DNA of 64,000 bases, taken from Crocinitomicaceae bacterium (GTDB lineage: Bacteria; Bacteroidota; Bacteroidia; Flavobacteriales_D; Crocinitomicaceae). The notes under the pieces were generated by a model. That model searched no databases. It had not been told where the DNA came from and saw nothing but the letters and a program-made list of their open reading frames with translations. The position numbers and the translations under genes were made by a program. The DNA lies in NCBI GenBank assembly GCA_024643555.1, contig JAHEMQ010000005.1, positions 30,453-94,452 of the forward strand, given 5' to 3'. The number at the start of each line of letters is the position of its first letter. Position 1 is the first letter of the stretch. Shown here piece by piece: positions 58,101-64,000 of the stretch.

Positions 58101-58913
58101 GATATTAATCGGTTGTGTGATCGTTGAGGTACATCCGGACGATGTGTTTTGCGAAGTCAATTGAACGGTATAGGTCCCAGGTGAATTGAAGGTAAAAGTA
58201 GGGTTTTCCAAACTGCTTGTTCCTTGCGTTCCGCAATTCCAACTCCATGCATTTGCGCCAGTTGTCGAATTGTCTTGGAAACTCACGGCTTGACCAACAC
58301 ATCCATAAGCGGGCGCAGTAATCCCGGCTTGAAAATTAGATACGTTAATGGTTTGCGAACTGTTAGCCACACATCCTGTTGTGGTATTGGTGACCGTCAA
58401 TTGTATGGTGTACGTTCCAGCCGTATTGTATGTGATAGAAGGTGGATTGGCTAATGTGGAGCTTTGACTATTTCCGAAATTCCATGCATTGGAAAAATTG
58501 GTACCACTCGAGGAGCTGTTTGTAAAGGATAGCGTAAGTGGAACCGTACAGCCAAGCCCATTCGCTGAAAATGCAACAATGGGTAAAGGATTTACAGTAA
58601 TGTATGAAGTTTTGATTTCAGCGTCTACCGTTCCAACTGAATTGGTAACAACCAAGGTGATGGTAAATGTTCCAGCGGTCGTGAAGGCATGCGAGGGACT
58701 TGTCGTAGATGCGTATGATCCATCTCCAAAATCCCAAGCACTCGAAACAATGGCATTTGGTCCATTGGGCACTGAAGTATTTGTGAAATTCACTGGTACG
58801 CCAACACAAACTACCAAAGGACTTGCAGTAAAATTAGCGGTAGGAGTTTGTGCTTTTGCACAGAAGGCAAAAACTAAACAAATGAACGTAAGATAAAAAC
58901 GTTTAAGCAGAAT
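55155..58913 (-). CDS. giant PKD-repeat adhesin-like protein with a T9SS type B (gliding-associated) C-terminal domain; start codon uncertain
   Basis: About 13 PKD-like repeats (W.FGDG/W.FGNG motifs) and a C-terminal VPNVFTPNGDGINDFVVL...NRWGNVV...GVYFY tail. The signal peptide is encoded upstream of the first canonical start. Confidence 0.85.
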   Translation of the reverse strand: MLLKRFYLTFICLVFAFCAKAQTPTANFTASPLVVCVGVPVNFTNTSVPNGPNAIVSSAWDFGDGSYASTTSPSHAFTTAGTFTITLVVTNSVGTVDAEIKTSYITVNPLPIVAFSANGLGCTVPLTLSFTNSSSSGTNFSNAWNFGNSQSSTLANPPSITYNTAGTYTIQLTVTNTTTGCVANSSQTINVSNFQAGITAPAYGCVGQAVSFQDNSTTGANAWSWNCGTQGTSSLENPTFTFNSPGTYTVQLTSQNTSSGCTSTITQPINIQANTNPIFSANPTSNCAPGSIQFTTSTGVPGTYTWNFGDGNTFIGQNPPPHIYTQSGDFNVTLSLTTAAGCTGTTTLNNYIHITNVQAGFYALDTAGCDPLTVHFIDTSYTPSNPIVSWQWNFGNGQTYNGHYPPNQTYQVGVYDVTLIITTQSGCTDTIVKNDYVTVGHIDSVHFTYTPNIACSNDDVVFTSSTYISVPHNANEVSYFWDFGDGTSIEQNPTYQFESDTGFFDVMFIANFRGCTDTFLVEDAVYILAPIAQFTPSSFLFCNPSSFPVNVNITDNSIHGILSDNVAMHYEFSDGTPNVNFTNAQLDVPNGGNTSHTFPGYGSFNIEQVIHNYTTGCSDSISSTITISQLASQFTMSNDTICNGSSITVSDASTSWSSASGSHPVTDWYYNMGNGQSIHNGPNQTYTYPAPGNYTISLMVLNSAGCTSTITHNVKVVNKPIAGIIADNYNGCSPFTVPFTNTSFTLSNGLPLSSFSTSFSDDNSILITNNVNQVINHTFNGVGAYSATIVATDIFGCTSQPTGVTITITKPTANFEIDSIFCDLDTNQTLNSSTGTGTLSYEWLLNGTSFSTNTDAGVTLTNPHNGQLSNTHILTLITTDGNGCKDTVSQTLTMSTPWAIPNYYFTGAVPNANGDYDCPPIFCHFQDSSFSIGNITGWNWSFGNGNQSILEDPSNTLVTNGTFDLNFIVTDQYGCTDDSTVLDYIAIGGPMGTPNWLQGATICAQGAQFYLSNVSNLDSLVWNLGDGTIISDTLNLVHFYNTPGTYQPTVTIFDSVGCQILLPLNPITVNDDQLDAYFVPNPIYADINGIIDFNDQSTFLNAPIVSWTWDLGNDSTFTWTSNTAPTTSFAQGGPHVITLTVVDALGCVSTYETTVFVSDPDIWVPNVFTPNGDGINDFVVLPYPAFKSYDIVIVNRWGNVVSYLKDQTGVAAWDGLTPDGQVYHEGVYFYLLTGVMLGGTEIKKQGFITLVR
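55416..58800 (-). repeat. tandem PKD-domain array (protein-level repeats)
   Basis: Recurrent ~85-aa units with F....C.....V.F.D.S......W.W.FGDG..S....P.H.Y...G.Y.V.L.V.N..GC. Confidence 0.7.
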
Positions 58914-59020
58914 AGGTAGTTTAGGTACATGCCTAAACGTAGAAAAACCTAAATTAGTTGCTTAATTCCACGTTTATTTTAGCTGATTAGAACGTACACA
59001 AGCAAAGTAAAAAAAAAGGG

Positions 59021-59028
59021 TATCTTCG
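59021..59028 (+). promoter_or_regulatory. near-consensus -7 box TATCTTCG (one mismatch), 4 nt before the phoD-like ATG
   Basis: TATCTTCG-TTTC-ATG. Confidence 0.3.
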
Positions 59029-59032
59029 TTTC

Positions 59033-60061
59033 ATGAAAAACTTCCTTTTTTTGTTTTGTTTTTTATCCTTTTCGGTTCAAGCACAAAATTTGCGTATCGC
59101 TTTTGGATCATGCGCTCATCAGGATCAGTCTTTGCCAATATTAAAACAAATAGGAGACCTTCAGCCAGATTATTTTATTTACTTGGGAGATAACATTTAC
59201 GGTGATACAAGAGATTCCGCTGTACTTGCCGGAAAATATGCGCAGTTGGGAAGCAATCCAAATTATCAATACCTAAAGTCTAAAACAAAAGTACTCGCAA
59301 CTTGGGATGACCATGACTATGGTGAAAATGACGCTGGGAAATACTATCCCATGCAAAACGTCTCTAAATCTTTGTTTTTACGTTTTTTTGAAGAACCCTT
59401 GAATTCACCGCGATTCGAGCACCCAGGAATTTATACTTCTTACGAAATCAAACGTGCTGGAAAGAAAGTACAATTGATATTGCTCGACATGCGTACGTTT
59501 CGTTCGGATTTGTGCTTGTATGATCGCCAAACGATGCAAAAAGACTCGATTTTCTTTTACGATTTGGATTATATCCCCTGTTCCGGGTCGGACTCCACCT
59601 TTTTAGGGGAGCAACAATGGAAGTGGTTAGAACAACAATTGCAAAAAAAAGCAGATCTCAGAATCATTGCGAGTTCGACTCAATTTGGTCATAGCTATAA
59701 TGGATATGAGTCTTGGAATAATTTTCCATCAGAGAAAGATCGGATGATTCATCTCATTCAAAAATCGCGGGCGAATGGCGTGTTTTTCATTTCTGGAGAT
59801 GTGCATTACGCAGAATTGTCTGAGTTGAAACTGGATGGACTTTATCCGCTCTATGATTTGACTGCAAGTGGGATCTCACAATCTTGGCATTTTGCAACGC
59901 CAAATGTAAACCGGATTCAAGGTCCGGTGATGGAAAATCACTTTGGACTTTTAACGATTGATTTAAGAAAAAAACGATTGATTTCCTCGATTATCGACGG
60001 ACAAAACACCGAACGAATTCGACGCGATATTCCCTGGAAAGACTTGCGATTTAACGACTAA
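59033..60061 (+). CDS. PhoD-like alkaline phosphatase / metallophosphatase
   Basis: Signal peptide, then FGSCAHQ, LGDNIYGD, WDDHDYG and GDVHY motifs. Confidence 0.8.
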   Translation: MKNFLFLFCFLSFSVQAQNLRIAFGSCAHQDQSLPILKQIGDLQPDYFIYLGDNIYGDTRDSAVLAGKYAQLGSNPNYQYLKSKTKVLATWDDHDYGENDAGKYYPMQNVSKSLFLRFFEEPLNSPRFEHPGIYTSYEIKRAGKKVQLILLDMRTFRSDLCLYDRQTMQKDSIFFYDLDYIPCSGSDSTFLGEQQWKWLEQQLQKKADLRIIASSTQFGHSYNGYESWNNFPSEKDRMIHLIQKSRANGVFFISGDVHYAELSELKLDGLYPLYDLTASGISQSWHFATPNVNRIQGPVMENHFGLLTIDLRKKRLISSIIDGQNTERIRRDIPWKDLRFND

Positions 60062-61886
60062 AAACCTGCTTGAATTTTCCACAAACTGGAAATGGTGCAA
60101 TGCTTTTTAGAACTTCCTGTTGATGAATTTTCTTCATCCGTTTACGTTGATTATGCAGTTCTCCAATGTCTTTTTTCCAATAGTAAAATTCTTGTCGGTT
60201 TGGAACTATATTCGTGCGAAACAAATAATGCCAGCGCTCCGATGCGACAGACAATCCCGTGTTGAAATTTGTAATTTGGTTGTTATTCAACGAAATGACT
60301 TTTCGGTTTTTTGGAATAGCGGAAAGTAAACTATAACCCGTAAAGTTTTTCCTCCATTTTTCCCAAGATGCTTGCTCTGACAAGTGTAAAAGTGCTAAAA
60401 TCGACGGGGCAATGTCAATGTTAGAACTTAATCGGGCTTGATTTTTTCTCAGGTTATTTTTTTGTTGTACACTCAAATAGCGGGAGGGAATGTAGGCCAT
60501 TAAAGGAATGCTAATGGTTTCTGTATAGTTGGTTTCAGCGTGTCCCATGTTATGATGTTCCATTAAAGATTCTCCATGATCACTTACAAAAAAGATGGCC
60601 GTATTTTCAAGTAATCCTTGATTCTTTAGTTCTTTAAAAAATTGACCTATGAGTTTATCCTGGTAATGCACCGCATTGTCATAGGAATCGGAAAAGGACT
60701 CGTTCCAGATTTCATCTTGCTTCGGAACATGGTAAGGAAAATGCGTTGTATTTAATTGGACGACCCCAAAGAAGGGTTTCTTTTTGAGGCGTATTTGTTT
60801 ATTCAATTGGCCCATCGTATGGACATCTTTGATCCCTAAATCGTTAAAATAGGGGAGGCCTGAATTATCCTTATTCCAAAGATAATCAAGTTGCGTATGT
60901 CGGTAAAATCGATCGAAGCGATACCATGTGAGTGTATGCGAGGACAAGAAAAAAGTACGGTAATCCAATTGTTGAGCCATTTCAAAAAGCATGGGCTGAT
61001 GATACAAAAGGCTACTATCCTGATAAGGTCCAATACCAGTCATGATGGCTGGGACTGCCAACATCGTTGTAGAGGCAATGCTAATCGCTTGCTGAAAACG
61101 ATAGAATGATTCGGAATGTTCACGTGCAAACCTACAAAGTTCCGGAGTCGTTTTTTTTGGATTTTCATACAATTGGATGCTGCGTTTCCGTAGACTTTCA
61201 AAGACAAACACGATGACATTTAGGTCAGACTTGGCCTTGACTTTTGGTAGTTGTGCTGGAAAATGTTCACCCAATCCTTTTCCTTTAAAATTGGTGTGTT
61301 CATCCCAAGAAAAAGCATTTCGTTGAACACATGCCGCAAAGTTTGCATCCACAATCGCACATTGATCGTAGCGTTGATGCTGGTAAATAAAAACTTCAAA
61401 TAGGATGAATTGAAGCAATCCAAATGTCACCAGTTGCTTTGTGCTTAATTTGGCGACATGGGTTTTTACGAACCAACGCATAAAAAATAAAAGGGCAATT
61501 GTGCCACCAACGAAGAAGATCAAATCTTTTAATCCACTTACATCCCGGATAATCATGAATGCACTCTTAGGTTCTGTTTTAAAGTAAAGCAGGGTATAAT
61601 AATTGGGAAAAATACCATTTAAAGAGAAAAACGTGTAGGACCCGATGTAGGAAAAGAACAAGGGGATTAGGACGAGCAATGAAATCGCATAAAACCAAAT
61701 TTTCCGAAGTTCCAACGCTTTTAAAAGGACACTCAGAAAAATGAAGAATCCAGCAGATAGGATTAACGAGAATAGATAAAATGTGAGCTGATTTCGACTA
61801 TATAAAGCAAGTAACTCACTCCTGAAATAGACATCAATCCCAATAAAAATGAAGGGAAGGACTAGTAATTTCAGAAAGGATTTCAT
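60051..61886 (-). CDS. membrane-anchored sulfatase-family transferase (LTA synthase / phosphoethanolamine-transferase-like)
   Basis: Five N-terminal TM helices plus an extracytoplasmic sulfatase-fold domain (FVFESLR, SDHGE). Confidence 0.8.
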   Translation of the reverse strand: MKSFLKLLVLPFIFIGIDVYFRSELLALYSRNQLTFYLFSLILSAGFFIFLSVLLKALELRKIWFYAISLLVLIPLFFSYIGSYTFFSLNGIFPNYYTLLYFKTEPKSAFMIIRDVSGLKDLIFFVGGTIALLFFMRWFVKTHVAKLSTKQLVTFGLLQFILFEVFIYQHQRYDQCAIVDANFAACVQRNAFSWDEHTNFKGKGLGEHFPAQLPKVKAKSDLNVIVFVFESLRKRSIQLYENPKKTTPELCRFAREHSESFYRFQQAISIASTTMLAVPAIMTGIGPYQDSSLLYHQPMLFEMAQQLDYRTFFLSSHTLTWYRFDRFYRHTQLDYLWNKDNSGLPYFNDLGIKDVHTMGQLNKQIRLKKKPFFGVVQLNTTHFPYHVPKQDEIWNESFSDSYDNAVHYQDKLIGQFFKELKNQGLLENTAIFFVSDHGESLMEHHNMGHAETNYTETISIPLMAYIPSRYLSVQQKNNLRKNQARLSSNIDIAPSILALLHLSEQASWEKWRKNFTGYSLLSAIPKNRKVISLNNNQITNFNTGLSVASERWHYLFRTNIVPNRQEFYYWKKDIGELHNQRKRMKKIHQQEVLKSIAPFPVCGKFKQVFSR

Positions 61887-61892
61887 GAATGC

Positions 61893-62939
61893 TTAAAACG
61901 TCGTTTTCAATTCAGTTGGAAAGTGCAATTCCATGGAAGGGAAATAAACATGTCCCATGATGAGCGGATTGAACACAAAATACTGACATTTCACGAGTTC
62001 GCCACTTGGGAGTTCACACCAGAATTTATTCATATCCATGTTTTCCATTTCACCAAATTCATTGCGTTGTGCCTCTTTAACTGCAATTTTAAACATGCGA
62101 AGTTTTGTTGATTTCCCAGATTTTTCTTTCACTTGAAGGACGCAAAAAGGAGGTGTTTTTTTGAGGCTGTCACATTGTTTTTTCGACAATTCATAATTCG
62201 CTAATTCGAAGTGAATTTTCTTATAGCCCTGTAAATAACGGTAAATATTCATCGTGTCCACTTGCGGTATTTTAGCGCCATTTTGGGTTAACGCATAGCG
62301 ATTTCCTTTGGCTGCAATATGAAAATTCCGGAAAGATTCTTTAGGATATTTCACGTCCACACTCGCAATTTCATCCATTTCTAATTCGAAAATTTTTGTG
62401 CACGCCCACTTTCGTGCATCGGCAAAGAATCTTGGCTCAATGATGCCAGTCATTCCTTTAATTTTCATCATCACAGGATTCGCACTTTTCCCATCTTCTG
62501 CCGTTTCGAGTAACATGATTTGTCCATCGTGATCTTGCGCGGAAGGACCTATATACCACGTTTTGGTCCATTCACCATCTTGAAAAATTTCTACCTTGGT
62601 GTGACTTGCCGACATTAATTTGATGAATTGTTTGTGACTTTTATCAGAAAGGTATCCTTTTAAGGAGATGTTACCAAGTGCCTCTAAAATATAATGTGCA
62701 CTAGATTGAATGATACATCCACCGTGATCATCGGTCCATTCATCCCCTTTGCGAACAAGCGTGAACTTGTTGGAGAAAGCATCGGTAATGATAATTTTGG
62801 ACACTGAATTCGTATCTGTTACGGCAAATTCAACAAATTCTGAATCTGTGACTCCATCTTTTTGACTTAATCGAAAGGCAAACCAGCCTAGACCAACAAG
62901 CAAGACAATTAACGATACAAGGGTGACTAATTTTTTCAT
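61893..62939 (-). CDS. DUF4340-like protein (GldG-associated)
   Basis: N-terminal TM anchor, a size and position immediately downstream of gldG typical of DUF4340 proteins. Confidence 0.6.
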   Translation of the reverse strand: MKKLVTLVSLIVLLVGLGWFAFRLSQKDGVTDSEFVEFAVTDTNSVSKIIITDAFSNKFTLVRKGDEWTDDHGGCIIQSSAHYILEALGNISLKGYLSDKSHKQFIKLMSASHTKVEIFQDGEWTKTWYIGPSAQDHDGQIMLLETAEDGKSANPVMMKIKGMTGIIEPRFFADARKWACTKIFELEMDEIASVDVKYPKESFRNFHIAAKGNRYALTQNGAKIPQVDTMNIYRYLQGYKKIHFELANYELSKKQCDSLKKTPPFCVLQVKEKSGKSTKLRMFKIAVKEAQRNEFGEMENMDMNKFWCELPSGELVKCQYFVFNPLIMGHVYFPSMELHFPTELKTTF

Positions 62940-62944
62940 AGAAC

Positions 62945-64000
62945 TTAATTTCGAGCGTAACGTCTGGTGCGAATGAAATTCATTAAAACACTGAGCAAAA
63001 TGATGATACCGAGCGGAAGCAGCATATTCATGGTTTTATAGAATCCAGCAAATTTGGTTACCTTTTCTTTGTCAATTTCTTTGATATCAATTTGACGACT
63101 TCGGATATCCAAAACCGAATTATCTCCCATCATATAATCGACTATGTTTTGGAAGAATTCTTGATTTCCGTAATATAAAGAAATGCGTCTTTGGTACAAC
63201 TCTAAATCCATTTTCAATTCATTGAAGGCATTGGGACGATACAGATAATTCAGTCCTTTTGGATTTGGCATCGAGTCATATGTGTTGGCGAAAAACGTTC
63301 CGTTTCCAATGACGAGTACTTTTCCTTCTTTTTTGCTTTTTGGAAGGAAGGCATATTTTTTAGGTAAGCGACTCACAAATTCAGGTGGTAGTCTGTTGTT
63401 GTAATGTGAACTGAAGTATCCTTCCACCATACCACCCAAGCATAGTTTATTGATGTCATCTTCGGGATTATCCACAAGCCTAGGTGATTTCCCATAATTC
63501 AAGGGAAGTCCAAGGTTCACAAATGGCTGTAATCCGGAGGGAATGGAATTGGAGGAGGAGGTGATCAACGGTGTCGCTTTGATATTTGGTAAGTCTACAA
63601 AACTCAATTCATTTGCGTATTTGAGCAAGATTGGATCTACGTTACGTGTAATGGGATGCTTGGAAGGGGTCGCCATCACATGAAAGAACCAAGGAATGAA
63701 AGTCGATTCGGCAAATGGAACAATTTTGGGCGCACATTGAACGTCCATCATGTAATTCTCATGAATTTTAATGCCATAGTCAAATAACAATCGGTCTAGT
63801 TTCAAGTTCTTCCGCATGGAATGCGTCATTCCGCGTGCCATCAAGGTATCTTCATTGTGACTCAAGGTATTCATAAACACCATTAACTTTCCGCCACGCA
63901 TGACGAATTGATCTAAAATGTACAAACTACTATCTGAATACGGAAGTTGTGGATCGGCAATGATGACACCATCCACATCGTTCAAGGCGGCGATGGAATC
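62945..64000 (-). CDS. gldG: gliding motility-associated ABC transporter substrate-binding/auxiliary protein GldG, C-terminal part (5' end outside window)
   Basis: The frame is open to the window edge. GldG-like sequence (IIADP...FVMRGGKL) with a C-terminal TM anchor. Confidence 0.8.
   Translation of the reverse strand, partial: DSIAALNDVDGVIIADPQLPYSDSSLYILDQFVMRGGKLMVFMNTLSHNEDTLMARGMTHSMRKNLKLDRLLFDYGIKIHENYMMDVQCAPKIVPFAESTFIPWFFHVMATPSKHPITRNVDPILLKYANELSFVDLPNIKATPLITSSSNSIPSGLQPFVNLGLPLNYGKSPRLVDNPEDDINKLCLGGMVEGYFSSHYNNRLPPEFVSRLPKKYAFLPKSKKEGKVLVIGNGTFFANTYDSMPNPKGLNYLYRPNAFNELKMDLELYQRRISLYYGNQEFFQNIVDYMMGDNSVLDIRSRQIDIKEIDKEKVTKFAGFYKTMNMLLPLGIIILLSVLMNFIRTRRYARN

Noticed and set aside
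55416-58800. Repetitive structure in the 3.7-kb gene that might be a CRISPR-like or DNA tandem-repeat array.
   Set aside because: The periodicity exists at the protein level, as diverged PKD domains of about 85 aa. There are no short identical DNA repeats with unique spacers, and one long ORF spans the whole region.
54406-59032. tRNA-Phe as a possible integration site for a genomic island containing the lipoprotein and the giant adhesin.
   Set aside because: The region contains no integrase, recombinase or transposase ORF. I saw no direct repeat of the tRNA 3' end downstream. The neighbouring genes (coaX, PhoD-like, gldG cluster) look like ordinary chromosomal content.
1-64000. A window-wide search for defence systems, toxin-antitoxin pairs, prophage, conjugative or transposable elements, CRISPR arrays and rRNA.
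   Set aside because: I recognised no nuclease/helicase/ATPase defence-type architectures, integrases, transposases, phage structural genes, spaced repeat arrays or rRNA-like sequence. Apart from the surface-protein genes, the window reads as core chromosome.

Overview
This is a dense (about 95% coding), AT-rich chromosomal segment. It most likely comes from a Bacteroidota genome, probably a Flavobacteriia-type gliding bacterium. The evidence is T9SS type A and type B C-terminal sorting domains, SprB repeats, a GLPGLI protein, gldG with DUF4340, TAnnTTTG -7 promoter boxes and no Shine-Dalgarno sequences. I call 61 protein-coding genes and one tRNA-Phe(GAA). Most are housekeeping genes: pyrR-pyrB, folC, gdh, anmK, def, ruvX, ruvB, queG, aroA, a DAHP synthase/chorismate mutase fusion, rny, zapA, tsaB, metF, purD, purQ, lspA, coaX, rfbA and two kynurenine-pathway genes. 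They are interspersed with cell-surface and secreted proteins. I see no CRISPR array, rRNA, transposase, integrase, prophage or recognisable defence or toxin genes. I cannot support a clearly novel multi-gene system from sequence alone. The observations most worth a second look are these. (1) Eight genes have a perfect -7 promoter box only 3-6 nt from the ATG, which suggests leaderless mRNAs. (2) A giant PKD-repeat adhesin has a signal peptide that can only be translated from a non-canonical start codon. (3) An orphan OmpR-type response regulator pair sits beside a secreted VWD-domain protein carrying a GDPH motif. (4) A lipoprotein, a plug/beta-barrel protein and a GLPGLI protein form a tight module of unknown function. 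(5) A small coiled-coil gene is translationally coupled to zapA. (6) Many convergent gene pairs have overlapping or abutting stop codons. All functional calls come from motif and family recognition by eye, since no database search was possible.
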